A DNA stretch of 46,023 bases from the NCBI GenBank assembly GCA_044224875.1, contig JBGAJQ010000043.1, forward strand, positions 1-46,023, given 5' to 3'. Position 1 is the first letter of the stretch, and each line of letters starts with the position of its first letter. Below are positions 18,523 through 28,877 of the stretch, in pieces. This stretch comes from Gemmatimonadaceae bacterium. GTDB lineage: Bacteria > Gemmatimonadota > Gemmatimonadetes > Gemmatimonadales > Gemmatimonadaceae. Below the pieces are notes generated by a model. The model ran no database searches, had not been told where the DNA came from, and was given only the letters and a program-made list of their open reading frames with translations. A program made the translations under genes and the position numbers.

Positions 18523-19902
18523 TCAGCGCTCGCGCCTCGCGACGCCCCAGGCGCCCGCCAACAACACAAGGGTCGGAACCAGGAAGGAGTTGATCACCAG
18601 CCCCTTGTACGCCTCGGGGCCGCCGCGAAGCAGCGCCGGAAGACCGGCCACCATTGTCCACGGCGCGATGCACACGAACAGCTCCCGTGCCTTGCTACGC
18701 GCGCGCTCGTGCATCAGGGCGTTCTGCACCGCGGCCCAGATGAACGCCAGAACGCAGGCGCCGAGGATGACCCCGGCGACCCCAAAGTTCAAATACCACC
18801 CCGCATCGTGATGGATGGTGTACCCCTGCCCCTCGACGGATCCCACGTTCGTTGCGTAGTAAGCGTACACGTCAGGCGGCCGCGACGGCCACAGAATCCG
18901 CGGTATGACCGAGACCGCCAGATTCACCAAGCTTGCACCCCACATGTATGACAGTCTGTAGTGCAGCACACCGTACATAGAGAAGTGCGCGGCAAAGATT
19001 TCGTTGCTTTGAAGCGGGCCCAGCGCTGCCAATGCCACGTTGTCTGCCGAGATCGCGCTCAGAATCAGCTCAAACGGCACCGCGCGCAGAATCTCGATCA
19101 TTGCAATTGCGACGACGGCGGATACCCCGAGGGCCACCAGACGCAATGTCTTCGGCCTTCTCGCATTGACCTGATAGAACAGCGCGGCCGCGAGCAGGCT
19201 GAACAGCAGCTCGTTCTTGTTGCCCAAGGCCACCGACATGGCGTACATCGCCCCGATAACCAAGGCGTAGCCGAGTAGCGCCGCACGATCATTCGTCTCG
19301 CCGCGGATGAACCGCGCGTCGTGGCCGGACCACCAGGCAGCGAAGCCAAGGGACGCAGGGACCAAAGCCATTCGCGTGAGAACAGCCCCGATGCTGAACA
19401 ACGGGTCGTTCTCGTTGGCTCGTGTCAGCACATAGGCAGAGAGCCCGCCACTGGCGGCCTCCGCCAACTGGTCGCGCACCAGGGCGAAGGCGGCCAACCC
19501 GGCAATCGCACTCACCACAATGATGCGCCAATGCTTGATCGCGACCCGTGCCTCTCGCGCAGGATCCAGCCGCAAGGGTCGCATGGTAACCAGCAGCGTT
19601 AGGCAGACCGCCACAAGGAACACGCCATGCAGAACCAGCGCTGTGAAGTAGTCGCGATCCAGCGCGATATCGAAGAGGCGGTCGAACAAGTAGTAGTACG
19701 TGAACCCTAGCTTGCTGTTGTCCGATCCGGTCAGATCGGTGATGACGAACCACGCTCCTAGCAGCGAGAAGTAGTAGATGAGGGCGATCCCCAGCGGCAA
19801 CGCAACGGAGCGAGTGCGCACCCACAGGACGCCAGCAAGCAGGGCCACAATTGCGGTTTCCACCGCGAGCAGGAGGTAGAAGTCTGACGCCGTCGCGGTC
19901 AC
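18523..19902 (-). CDS. wzy: O-antigen/EPS polymerase Wzy-like polytopic membrane protein
   Basis: About 10 or more TM segments, a periplasmic loop ending WYLNFGVAG, and position in a Wzx/Wzz locus. Confidence 0.7.
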   Translation of the reverse strand: MTATASDFYLLLAVETAIVALLAGVLWVRTRSVALPLGIALIYYFSLLGAWFVITDLTGSDNSKLGFTYYYLFDRLFDIALDRDYFTALVLHGVFLVAVCLTLLVTMRPLRLDPAREARVAIKHWRIIVVSAIAGLAAFALVRDQLAEAASGGLSAYVLTRANENDPLFSIGAVLTRMALVPASLGFAAWWSGHDARFIRGETNDRAALLGYALVIGAMYAMSVALGNKNELLFSLLAAALFYQVNARRPKTLRLVALGVSAVVAIAMIEILRAVPFELILSAISADNVALAALGPLQSNEIFAAHFSMYGVLHYRLSYMWGASLVNLAVSVIPRILWPSRPPDVYAYYATNVGSVEGQGYTIHHDAGWYLNFGVAGVILGACVLAFIWAAVQNALMHERARSKARELFVCIAPWTMVAGLPALLRGGPEAYKGLVINSFLVPTLVLLAGAWGVARRER

Positions 19903-21005
19903 GCGTGCTGCTCCTGCAATTGCGGACGGGCCACGCGGTGGTAGAGCGCGACGATCTGTTGCGTCAGGACTTCGTCTCGCAGCTCGTCCTCCACAATCGC
20001 CCGACCGTTCGATCGTTGACGCTGGCGAAGAATGCTGGTGGCTGCCTCACCGATCGCAACGGGATCCGAGGCCACAATCGTCGACGGACTCACCCGCGCC
20101 AGACGTTCCGCGGTGTCACCGACGGGCGTCGTCACGACAGGAAGATTACAGGCCATGGCCTCCTTCACGATGTTGGGCGAGCCCTCGAAGTCACTCGTCA
20201 TCAACACGCAGTCAGCCGCATTCAGGTACAACGGAATTCGGTCGGGCGCCTGGTGGCCATCCAACACGGCGAGTCGAACGTCTGGAATGGAGCGACGCAC
20301 GACCTCCGTCGCCGCCAGAGCAAGGTCAATGCGCTTTGGCTTGGGCCGCCGCCCGGCATTGAAGAGAATCACGGGCTCTTCCTGCGCCCAACCGAGCTCC
20401 AGTCGCGCCGCACCAATCGGTATCAACGGAAAGCGGTCGAGTCGTACCCCCACCGGAACCACGATGGCGTTTCGTCGCCTCGCCGCACCCATCAGCTGCG
20501 AACGCAGCTGCTCACTCACGCACACGATGCCGCTCGCCTTTCGCGCCGCTGCGTGGGACAGGGCGTGCCCCAAGTTGGTGCGTAGCCACCCGTCACCGAG
20601 GTTCCGCCACATGCTGTGGTATCGCGGGTTCAGGTCGGTGCCGCGAAACGTGATCACGACCGGTACGCGACTTGTTGTCGACACTGCGTACGCCGTCATG
20701 GAACCAAAGTGCGCGTGGACGATATCTGGTCGGAACTCCTCGATGCGCGCCGTCAGTCGGCGGCGTTCTGCCTTCAGCACAGACACCGACGTGCGCGAAG
20801 CCAGATGAAAACGATCGACCTCTACACCAGACTCGGCGATTGAGTCGATCTGCCGTCGAGCAAAAGAGAACACCGCTTGATCGTGCTCAGGACCTGGAAT
20901 TACCATCAGCACACGAAGCCCTGCGCCCGCTGATATGGTCGCGCTCGTTAGGGTATCGCCGCCGACACCCTCTTCGTGCTCAATCCTCGTTGACTCAATC
21001 CGCAT
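19899..21005 (-). CDS. GT4 family glycosyltransferase
   Basis: PDIVHAH, KRIDLAL and SDFEGSPNIVKEAMACNLPVV (EX7E). GAGGAG RBS upstream. Confidence 0.9.
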   Translation of the reverse strand: MRIESTRIEHEEGVGGDTLTSATISAGAGLRVLMVIPGPEHDQAVFSFARRQIDSIAESGVEVDRFHLASRTSVSVLKAERRRLTARIEEFRPDIVHAHFGSMTAYAVSTTSRVPVVITFRGTDLNPRYHSMWRNLGDGWLRTNLGHALSHAAARKASGIVCVSEQLRSQLMGAARRRNAIVVPVGVRLDRFPLIPIGAARLELGWAQEEPVILFNAGRRPKPKRIDLALAATEVVRRSIPDVRLAVLDGHQAPDRIPLYLNAADCVLMTSDFEGSPNIVKEAMACNLPVVTTPVGDTAERLARVSPSTIVASDPVAIGEAATSILRQRQRSNGRAIVEDELRDEVLTQQIVALYHRVARPQLQEQHA

Positions 21006-21107
21006 CAGCCCTCATCTCCTCTACAACGCACGGCGTTACCGGGGGGACCGCAGAGCCTGCCGCCGCCAATTTCGGGCTGACGTCAGAGACATCGCACGGA
21101 TCCGTGT

Positions 21108-22583
21108 ATGGCTGAGCTGCTGACAATCGCGCTCGGCCGGTTCTTGCTGATGCTCATCAGCTTGCTGAACGTGCGGTTGTACACGTCGTTCCTTTCGCAC
21201 GATCAGGTGGGACGACTCGCCTTGCTCTCTGGTACTGCTACCATCCTGTCGCTTCTTATCGATCGCTCGGTGAGTGCGTACTGGTATCGCATGGTTCGCC
21301 CATGGGCGCGCGCGCGTGTTGGCGTGGCGCGCATGCGCCTCCTGCTCGTTTCTACGCTCGTGCTGGCGCTCCTGTTGTTCGTCATCACCAGCGTGATCGC
21401 GAGCACAATCGGCCTCGGGACCACGATCACGTGGACATGGCTGGTACTCATTTGCGGCGCGAGTGTTTTCTTCAACTCGGCGTACAACGCGCTGTTGGGC
21501 AGCATCAACGTGCTTGGACAACGTCGGAAGTTCGTCGCCCTCTCTATCTGCGGTGCGGCGACTGGACTGCTGATCGCCACGCAGCTTGCTCGCCGCACAC
21601 CGCACGCCGAGTGGTGGATGCTCGGGACCATCGTCAGCCAGGGGTTGTTCTTTCCCGTCCTGATCGTCGTGGCGAACCGAAGCATGGCGACTATCGCCAA
21701 GTCGGAAATTCAGCCCGTGGCCGAGGAGCTGGATGTTGCGCAGGTCACACGGGGCTGGTGGCACTTCGCGGTCCCGGCGCTGGTTGCCGCAGTGCTCTAC
21801 GCGGCGCAAATGCTCGGCTATCGGTTCGCGCTGAACTCCGTCGCTGGCGCGAGCCAGGTGGCGATGTTCACGGTCGGGTTCGGCGTGGGCGTCGCGATCA
21901 TGAACGCATTTGACTACTTCGCCACGCAGTTCCTGTTGCCGCACTTCCTGGCGGGAATCGAATCGTTCGAGCGCGAGCGGATGGCCGTCGCCTGGAATCG
22001 TTATGCAACGGCCTTGATGCCGGCGACGATCCTGGTGGGGGCACTGGCGGCTAGCGGTGGTCCGCTGCTCATCCGTCTTCTGGCGGCGCCGTCTTTTGCG
22101 GCCGCCGGGTATCTGGTGGCGTGGGGCGTTGCCGCTGACGGGTTGCGCCTGCTGACCCAAGGCATGACCCTGGTCTCGCAAGCGCGGCTGGAGATGCGTC
22201 ACGTCCTGCTCCCATCCGTCGCTGGCGTCGTGACATCGCTCGGCGGGGTGCTCTTGCTGTCTCGCAGCAACCCCCTCGACGGTACCGGACTGGCCTTGGC
22301 CACCGGTGGGGCAGTATGGCTCGTGCTGCAGTACCGCGCCTCGCGTGCGCTCCTGCCGATCGTGCTCCCCTGGCGGCAGATCACGGGTGCCGTTGTCGCC
22401 ACCATACCGCTCGTCGCTGGGCTGCGATGGGCGATCGCGGTGAATGAAGCCGCCACACCGCTGTTCTCGTTGGCGGCGCTCGCGGTGGCCGCGGTGTACG
22501 TGCTAGCCGTGGGATACCTGTTGCTCGCCCCGTCATGGATGGCGATGGGCCGGCCGGCGGCCACCGTCACCACCGCCAGCTGA
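21108..22583 (+). CDS. wzx: Wzx-like oligosaccharide flippase (MOP superfamily)
   Basis: 491 aa with about 12-14 TM helices, N-terminal RLYTSFLSHDQVG pattern, and locus context. Confidence 0.75.
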   Translation: MAELLTIALGRFLLMLISLLNVRLYTSFLSHDQVGRLALLSGTATILSLLIDRSVSAYWYRMVRPWARARVGVARMRLLLVSTLVLALLLFVITSVIASTIGLGTTITWTWLVLICGASVFFNSAYNALLGSINVLGQRRKFVALSICGAATGLLIATQLARRTPHAEWWMLGTIVSQGLFFPVLIVVANRSMATIAKSEIQPVAEELDVAQVTRGWWHFAVPALVAAVLYAAQMLGYRFALNSVAGASQVAMFTVGFGVGVAIMNAFDYFATQFLLPHFLAGIESFERERMAVAWNRYATALMPATILVGALAASGGPLLIRLLAAPSFAAAGYLVAWGVAADGLRLLTQGMTLVSQARLEMRHVLLPSVAGVVTSLGGVLLLSRSNPLDGTGLALATGGAVWLVLQYRASRALLPIVLPWRQITGAVVATIPLVAGLRWAIAVNEAATPLFSLAALAVAAVYVLAVGYLLLAPSWMAMGRPAATVTTAS

Positions 22584-22617
22584 AACGTTGTGGTACCGCC
22601 AGCGGCCATGGCGGGAA

Positions 22618-24543
22618 CTAGCGCGCGGCTCGCCATGCTTCGAACACGACAGCGTTCCAGATGAGATGCGACCAGTTTCTGTCGCCAGCCTGATGCTCCT
22701 GCCACACGGAGCGGAGCAACGCACCGTCTAGATGGCTCTCCTTGTCACTCGACATGGGAAAGAGCAGGTCCCCTGCCCAACCTCGTAGCGGGCCGCGCAG
22801 CCACGCGTCCAGCGGCACGCAGAAGCCCTGCTTGGGGCGATCGATCAGGTTGGACGGCAAGTGGCGGCGCAGGATCTGTCGAAGGATCCACTTCCCCTTT
22901 CCGTCCCGAATCCGATACGGCATAGGGACTCGCCATGCAGCTTCAACGACGCGATGATCCAGAAAGGGTGCACGCGATTCCAAGCCCACCGCCATGGTGG
23001 CGCGATCCACCTTCGCCAACAGGTCATCTGGCAGGTAGTGAAGCAGGTCGAGGAACATCATGCGCTCACTGTCGCCAAGCGCACGCGGCAGGCCGCGCCC
23101 TTCGTCGGGCGCCTGCCATCGCGCCGTGTCCGTGTCTCCCAACCGGTCGCCGCGGAATGCCGACGAAATGGCCCAGTGGTAGTCCTCGACCGTCCCCGCA
23201 CCCAGCAGGCCGGCGAATTTTCTAGCCCTGTCGCCCAGCAAGCGGCGGGCACGTGACGGCGCTCCGCCAGCAGCAACGAGACGGCTGAACGTACGCCAGG
23301 CGCCGTCGGGAATGCGTCCAATCCCCGCTGACGCCGCGCGCCTGAGTGCCGGGGGCGTGCGTCGGATTCGATTCCACAGGTGGTAGCGATCATAGCCGCC
23401 GAACAACTCGTCGCCACCATCCCCGGAGAGGCTGACCGTTACCTCGCGCCGCGCGACCGACGCGACGAGCGCCGTCGGTATCTGCGAGGAGTCGGCAAAA
23501 GGCTCATCGTACTTTTGAGGGATCCCGGGTGCGTACTCCAGCAAGTCGCTCGGCGAGAGGTACACCTCGGAGTGGTCCGTTCCCAGATGGGACGCGACGG
23601 CGCGGGCCCACGGCGCCTCGTCATAGGTAGGGTCGGTGAAACCGATGGTGAAGGTGCGCACGCGCTGTGTGCTCTGGCGCTGCATCAGGGCCACCACCAA
23701 GGACGAGTCGATCCCACCGGAAAGGAATGCTCCTACCGGGACGTCGGCATACGTCTGGGAGGCCACAGCGGTCTGCAAGACGTGTTCGAGTTCAGACGTG
23801 AGGCATTCGGCATCGCTCCCGTCCATGAGGTCGTGAGACAGCAATTCCATCGGGTCCCAATAGCGGGTCTCGACACCGGCATCATTGACCGCGGGACTTT
23901 GAAAGCTGAGGATGGTCCCCGGCGTGACCTTGCGGATTCCCTCGAAGATGGACGCGGGGCTCGGAACGTAGCTCAAGGCCATGAAGGACTGGACTGCATC
24001 GCGATCGATGCGTCCCTCCCAGCGCGGATGCTCTCGCAAAGCCGTCAGCTCGGACCCAAAGAGGAGCGTGTCGCCCTGCCATCCAACGTAGAGGGGTTTC
24101 TCCCCCAACCGATCGCGCCCTAACGAGAGTGTATGTGTGGTGCGGTCCCAGTGGGCGAAGGCAAACATGCCGACGGCGCGTCGCGTGGCCTCCACCACGC
24201 CCCATTGGGCGATCGCCTCGAGAAGTGCCTCCGTATCGGAATGCCCGCGAAACGAGCGACTCTCCCCCCCCACTCCCGTGCGCAGCTCGCGATGATTGTA
24301 GATCTCGCCGTTCAGTACGAGCACATGTTGCCCGTTCTCGGACACCATGGGTTGCGCGCCAGCCGGCGAGAGATCCAGCACCGCCAAGCGGCGATGGGCA
24401 AGTCCCAACCCGGCCGCCGGGTCATACCACGCCCCTTCGCCGTCTGGGCCGCGGTGCGCCAGGACGCGTGCCATGCGGTGCAGCGTCTCCTCCGGCGCCC
24501 GCATGCCACCACCGACTCCCCAGAACCCCGCTATGCCGCACAT
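22618..24543 (-). CDS. asnB: AsnB-family glutamine-dependent amidotransferase (copy 2)
   Basis: MCGIAG, HRGPD, NGEIYN, RDRLGEKPLY, LSGGIDSS, SGDGGDELFGGY and KVDRATMAVGLESRAPFLD. Confidence 0.93.
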   Translation of the reverse strand: MCGIAGFWGVGGGMRAPEETLHRMARVLAHRGPDGEGAWYDPAAGLGLAHRRLAVLDLSPAGAQPMVSENGQHVLVLNGEIYNHRELRTGVGGESRSFRGHSDTEALLEAIAQWGVVEATRRAVGMFAFAHWDRTTHTLSLGRDRLGEKPLYVGWQGDTLLFGSELTALREHPRWEGRIDRDAVQSFMALSYVPSPASIFEGIRKVTPGTILSFQSPAVNDAGVETRYWDPMELLSHDLMDGSDAECLTSELEHVLQTAVASQTYADVPVGAFLSGGIDSSLVVALMQRQSTQRVRTFTIGFTDPTYDEAPWARAVASHLGTDHSEVYLSPSDLLEYAPGIPQKYDEPFADSSQIPTALVASVARREVTVSLSGDGGDELFGGYDRYHLWNRIRRTPPALRRAASAGIGRIPDGAWRTFSRLVAAGGAPSRARRLLGDRARKFAGLLGAGTVEDYHWAISSAFRGDRLGDTDTARWQAPDEGRGLPRALGDSERMMFLDLLHYLPDDLLAKVDRATMAVGLESRAPFLDHRVVEAAWRVPMPYRIRDGKGKWILRQILRRHLPSNLIDRPKQGFCVPLDAWLRGPLRGWAGDLLFPMSSDKESHLDGALLRSVWQEHQAGDRNWSHLIWNAVVFEAWRAAR

Positions 24544-24591
24544 GCGCCGACTCGCCGGAGTGGACTGGTGGCGATTGCCGCTTCGCAGCGC

Positions 24592-25593
24592 CTAACGTTC
24601 AGCGGCCACGCCATTCGTACGCACCCAGGTGCGGGCCGCCGGTCGCGCCGCCACGCGGGGCGTTGCTGGCCGCTCATCCAACGCCTCGAGAACGCGGCGC
24701 GCGATAAGCCCCTCCTCCAGTCCGGCCTGATGCCGCAGGTAGCCCTGGTCGCCGATGCGGCGTTGCACGCCGTCAGCCACACCAAAGCGGCGAAAGACGA
24801 CGGGTCGTACCTCTTCCTCCAGTAGCAGCTCGGCGCAGGCGCTACCCAGTCCGCCGACGATCGAGTGCTCCTCCAGTGTGAACAGCGCTCCCGTCTCGCG
24901 AGCCGCCGTGGCAAGAGCATCTCGATCGAGCGGCTTCACCGTGTGCATGCTCAGGACGCGCGCATCGATATTGGCAACGGCCAGTTGATCGGCGGCCGCC
25001 ATCGCCGTGGCCAACATGCCACCAGTCGCAACCAGCGTGACATCACTGCCCTTCCTCGCCACAATCGCCCGGCCGAGTGCGAAGTCGATGTCGGCGGTGT
25101 GAACGACAGGCTCACCGGCGCGACCGAGGCGCAGATAGCACGGGCCATCATGGGCCAGCATTGCGGACGTCGCGAGGCGGGCTTCGACCGGATCATTCGG
25201 GGCAATGACCATGAGCCCCGGCAAGGCACGCATCACCGCCAAGTCCTCGGTGGCATGATGCGATGCGCCCAGTGGTCCGTAGGCATAGCCGCCACCCACC
25301 GAGACCACTTTCACATTGGCGCGGTGGGCGCATACGTCATTCCGAATCTGCTCCAGGCATCGCAACGTCGGGAAATTCGCGATGGAATACGTCACCACGA
25401 TCTTGCCGCTCATTGCGAGTCCCGCGGCCACTCCCGTCATGTGCTGTTCGGCGACACCGGCGTTCACGAATTGATGTGGGCGTTCGCGCGCGAAGTCTGT
25501 CACCACACCGAACCCCAGATCGCCAGTTACGAGCATGACGCGTTCGTCACGACGCGCACGTTCGGTGAGCGCGTTGATGAATGCAGTTCTCAC
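24592..25593 (-). CDS. Transketolase-like protein, C-terminal (pyrimidine-binding) subunit
   Basis: NAGVAEQ, RCLEQIRND, SHHATED, YLRLGR and EEHSIVGGLGS. Confidence 0.9.
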   Translation of the reverse strand: MRTAFINALTERARRDERVMLVTGDLGFGVVTDFARERPHQFVNAGVAEQHMTGVAAGLAMSGKIVVTYSIANFPTLRCLEQIRNDVCAHRANVKVVSVGGGYAYGPLGASHHATEDLAVMRALPGLMVIAPNDPVEARLATSAMLAHDGPCYLRLGRAGEPVVHTADIDFALGRAIVARKGSDVTLVATGGMLATAMAAADQLAVANIDARVLSMHTVKPLDRDALATAARETGALFTLEEHSIVGGLGSACAELLLEEEVRPVVFRRFGVADGVQRRIGDQGYLRHQAGLEEGLIARRVLEALDERPATPRVAARPAARTWVRTNGVAAER

Positions 25594-26423
25594 GTGACCG
25601 CTCCTGCATCGAGCTCCGCAATTGCCGCTGCCAACTCGTCGCCCCGAGGACAGCGATAGTGCCAGAGTAGATCATCCTCCATAAAGCTCACCCCTTTCCC
25701 CTTCACGGTGTGTGCGATGATGCAGCTGGGCTTGCCCGGTTCGAAGGGGAGCCTCGCCAGCGCGTCGTCAATGAGGGTTACGTCGTGCCCGTCGATCTCC
25801 GCGGTGGACCAACCAAAAGCGCGCCATTTGTCCGCAAAGGGCTCCAAACGCGCCACGTCATCAACACGGCCGAGACTCTGAATCTTGTTGTAGTCGACGA
25901 TCGTGACCAGGGAGTCGAGCCGATGGTGCGCCGCAAAGATGGCCGGCTCCCATGTTGAACCTTCGTCGCACTCGCCGTCGCTCAGCAGGCAGACCGTGCG
26001 GTAGTTCCGCCCGTCTCGCTGACCGGCCAAGGCCATGCCGGTGGCAATGGACAACCCGTGTCCCAGCGATCCCGTCGACACTTCCACGCCAGGAATCCCA
26101 GCCGTGGCATGCCCCGCGAATCGCGAACCGTTCTGGCAGAACGTGTCAAGCTGGCTCTCCTCAAAGAAGCCGCGGCGAGCCAGGACGGCGTACAGGGCCG
26201 CGCACGCATGACCCTTGCTCAGGACAAATCGATCACGGTCCGGCCAGTTCAGGTCGGTGGGCCTAACGCGTAGGAAGCGCGTGTAAAGGACCGCCAGAAG
26301 TTCGATCTCCGAGAAGTTGGAGCCGACGTGTGAGCTCCCCGCGCGACTGACCATGCGCAGCACGTCTCGCCGTAGGTCGCGGCAAAGCCCTTCCAGTGCC
26401 ATGCGCCCGGACAAGTTCATCAT
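25590..26423 (-). CDS. Transketolase-like protein, N-terminal (TPP-binding) subunit
   Basis: RDRFVLSKGH, STGSLGHGL, SDGECDEGSTWE...DYN TPP motif and TVKGKGVSFME. Confidence 0.92.
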   Translation of the reverse strand: MMNLSGRMALEGLCRDLRRDVLRMVSRAGSSHVGSNFSEIELLAVLYTRFLRVRPTDLNWPDRDRFVLSKGHACAALYAVLARRGFFEESQLDTFCQNGSRFAGHATAGIPGVEVSTGSLGHGLSIATGMALAGQRDGRNYRTVCLLSDGECDEGSTWEPAIFAAHHRLDSLVTIVDYNKIQSLGRVDDVARLEPFADKWRAFGWSTAEIDGHDVTLIDDALARLPFEPGKPSCIIAHTVKGKGVSFMEDDLLWHYRCPRGDELAAAIAELDAGAVT

Positions 26424-27391
26424 ATGGCTACTGCCCGATCAGCCGGTGGATATGGTCGCACCAACTCGCGACGCGCTCGCTCGCCCAGCCCCCACCCGAC
26501 ACAAGCGACGTTGTCCTCGGCCTGTTTGGGATGCTTGGCGCCGACGATCGCGGCTGCAACACCCGGCTGATCCAGCACCCAACGGATGGAGACCTGTGCC
26601 GGAGTCCGGCCAATCGCGCGAGCGACATCGGCCGCCTGACGGACGACACCAAAACTCGTGGGACGCGCCGCACGGTCAAAGTGCGGAAGCCGATGGCGAC
26701 GATCGTCCTCGCCAAACTCCGCGTCCGGCGTGTATCGACCGCCCAACAAGCCCTGCGCCAAGGCCCCGTACGCCAGCACGGGCAGCTCCAACTCCCGACA
26801 GGCGGGGATCAGGGCTTCCTCCGCGGAGCGGTCGACCAGGTTGTACTGCGCCTGGACCGCGGCGATGCGCAGGCGTCCGAGCGCAGCGCGCAACAGGGGT
26901 ACGGAGAAATTCGACGCGCCAATCAACCGGATCTTGCCTGCCTCCCGGCAACGTTGGAGCGCCTCCAAAGTGTCGTCGAGTGGCGTGGAGGGATCTGGCC
27001 GGTGCAGAAAATACAGCGGAATACAGTCGATGCCTAACCGGCGAAGACTCTCCTCTACGGCGTGGGTCACGTGTGAAGGAGACAAGTCCGCGAAGGTCGT
27101 CGCCCGCTGACCATCCACTCGGCGCCAATTCACGCCTCCCTTGGTAATGATCACAACGTCGCGTGCTCGTCGACCTAACACAGCTCCCAAGGCGCGTTCC
27201 GACGCACCAAGTCCGTAGACATCGGCCGTATCGAAGGTCGTCACGCCCAGGTCGAGCGAGCGTGCGACTGCTTCACGCACGTCCGCCACGTCCATGCGCC
27301 CCCAGTCCACTCCACCCAGGGGCTCGCATCCCATGATCAGCCGTGAGATGCGAACGTGCTCCGTGCCATCCGTCAGCGTCACGTATTCCAC
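26420..27391 (-). CDS. Aldo/keto reductase
   Basis: FDTADVYG, TKGG, SLRRLGID...HRPD, IGASNF, QAQYNL and AYGALAQGLL. Confidence 0.92.
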   Translation of the reverse strand: MEYVTLTDGTEHVRISRLIMGCEPLGGVDWGRMDVADVREAVARSLDLGVTTFDTADVYGLGASERALGAVLGRRARDVVIITKGGVNWRRVDGQRATTFADLSPSHVTHAVEESLRRLGIDCIPLYFLHRPDPSTPLDDTLEALQRCREAGKIRLIGASNFSVPLLRAALGRLRIAAVQAQYNLVDRSAEEALIPACRELELPVLAYGALAQGLLGGRYTPDAEFGEDDRRHRLPHFDRAARPTSFGVVRQAADVARAIGRTPAQVSIRWVLDQPGVAAAIVGAKHPKQAEDNVACVGWGLGERARRELVRPYPPADRAVAI

Positions 27392-27394
27392 CCA

Positions 27395-27982
27395 TCACCT
27401 CGTCAGAAGCTTGGCCAGCGTGCGAAACACCAGACGTACGTCGCCGCGTAGCGTGTGCGTGCGGACGTATTCAACTCGAAGGGCATTCTTGACCGGGCGT
27501 ACACGCGTTTCGTATACGAGGTCCGGGTCCTCATTGCCTAACACGTCACCCAATCGGATGAACTCCAGCGATGCAGTGTCCGTGATCCCCGGTCGGACAC
27601 TGAGAATCGCCCGCTCCTCGTCGGTATACAGCGCCGTGTATCGCGGCAGTTCCGGTCGCGGTCCCACGATGCTCATTTCGCCGCGAACGACATTCAGCAG
27701 CTGCGGCAACTCATCCAGCTTGTGACGCCGCAAGAAGTGCCCGATGCGCGTCACTCGTGGATCGTCCTTCGCTGTTGATCCGCCACCTTGCCGCTCTGCC
27801 TCCACGACCATTGTCCTGAACTTGAGGATGTGGAACGGACGACCGCCGAGTCCCGTTCGGACGCCGCGATAGAGGACCGGCAGGCCGGAGTCCCACCACA
27901 CGACCAGTGCGATGAGCACCAGCAACGGCGAGAGAAGCACGAGCCCAACACTCGCGGCGATGACGTCCAACGTTCGTTTCAT
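27395..27982 (-). CDS. Monotopic phosphoglycosyl transferase (PglC/WcaJ-C type sugar transferase)
   Basis: MKRTLDV, KFRTM, DPRVTRIG, LDELPQLLNVVRGEMSIVGPRP and RPGIT. Start set at ATG 27982. Confidence 0.92.
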   Translation of the reverse strand: MKRTLDVIAASVGLVLLSPLLVLIALVVWWDSGLPVLYRGVRTGLGGRPFHILKFRTMVVEAERQGGGSTAKDDPRVTRIGHFLRRHKLDELPQLLNVVRGEMSIVGPRPELPRYTALYTDEERAILSVRPGITDTASLEFIRLGDVLGNEDPDLVYETRVRPVKNALRVEYVRTHTLRGDVRLVFRTLAKLLTR

Positions 27983-27989
27983 GCCTTTG

Positions 27990-28877
27990 TTAGGCGTATG
28001 CGAATGGCGACGCGTCAACTTCCTTGCGCCAGAGACAACCACCTCGCCCGTCGTGCTCCAGCGGTGGTGCCAAACCACGCCCCGTCAGGAATTCGTCCAC
28101 CGCGCGACGGGCGCCGAAGCAGGTGCCGTAGTCATCCACAATGATCACGCCGCCTGCGCTGACCTGATCGTACAGGCCACCAAGACATGTCTTCACCGAT
28201 TCATACCAGTCTGCATCGATCCTCAGCAATGCGATCTGACCAAGTGCCGCGTGCGTCGCCGGGACCGTCGCGTCAAACCAACCCTTGACCATGGTCACAT
28301 CGTCACGCGAGAAGCGCATCTCCGAAAAGAGATAGGAGTCAACGTCACTGTACGTCCCGAGACACGAGCCCTTCGGCAGGGGTCTGATGTGATCGCCGGT
28401 CGCGCCATTTTGGATATCGGCCTCCGTCGGGTCCGGGAGCCCTTCATATGAGTCGAAGAGCCACAAGTGCCGGTGAGGTCCGCTCAGGTCGGCGGCGGCA
28501 CGGATGAGCGCAGCGCAACCGCCGCGTGCAACACCAAGCTCAACGAGACTTCCCGGAACTCGACGCTGTTGGATCGATCGCACTGCGTCGAACGTCGCTT
28601 CCAGGCCGGAAGCTCCAACCAGCGAACGACGCATCGCGGTGCGAACCAGATGTGCTCGCTGCGCTCCTTGCATGTCTCCCGCGAGTCGCGCGGCGACCTC
28701 GTGGTGCCGATACGCCTCGCGTTGACTGAACCTCCATGTCGCCAACGCCGCGTCCATCGTCACTTGGTACGCCTGGGTTGGGAGCGTGCGCTGCATGACG
28801 CGAGCGATCCGGCGTCCGACATCCTTTATGACGGATCGTCGCACTATGCTTGTGTCCGGCTGGATAGTTGTGCCCAC
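27990..28877 (-). CDS. TylF/MycF/NovP-family sugar O-methyltransferase
   Basis: VELGVARGG, LFDSYEGLP, KGWFDAT, LRIDADWYES and IIVDDYG. GTG 28877 is preceded by AAGGAG. Confidence 0.9.
   Translation of the reverse strand: MGTTIQPDTSIVRRSVIKDVGRRIARVMQRTLPTQAYQVTMDAALATWRFSQREAYRHHEVAARLAGDMQGAQRAHLVRTAMRRSLVGASGLEATFDAVRSIQQRRVPGSLVELGVARGGCAALIRAAADLSGPHRHLWLFDSYEGLPDPTEADIQNGATGDHIRPLPKGSCLGTYSDVDSYLFSEMRFSRDDVTMVKGWFDATVPATHAALGQIALLRIDADWYESVKTCLGGLYDQVSAGGVIIVDDYGTCFGARRAVDEFLTGRGLAPPLEHDGRGGCLWRKEVDASPFAYA

Noticed and set aside
16604..24543. AsnB copies as asparagine biosynthesis genes or lasso-peptide cyclases
   Set aside because: They are embedded among wzy/wzx/GT genes with intact glutaminase domains, and there is no precursor peptide or B protein.
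24592..26423. Frameshifted transketolase pseudogene
   Set aside because: Both halves are intact, have their own starts with a GTGA overlap, and match the known two-subunit transketolase-like family.
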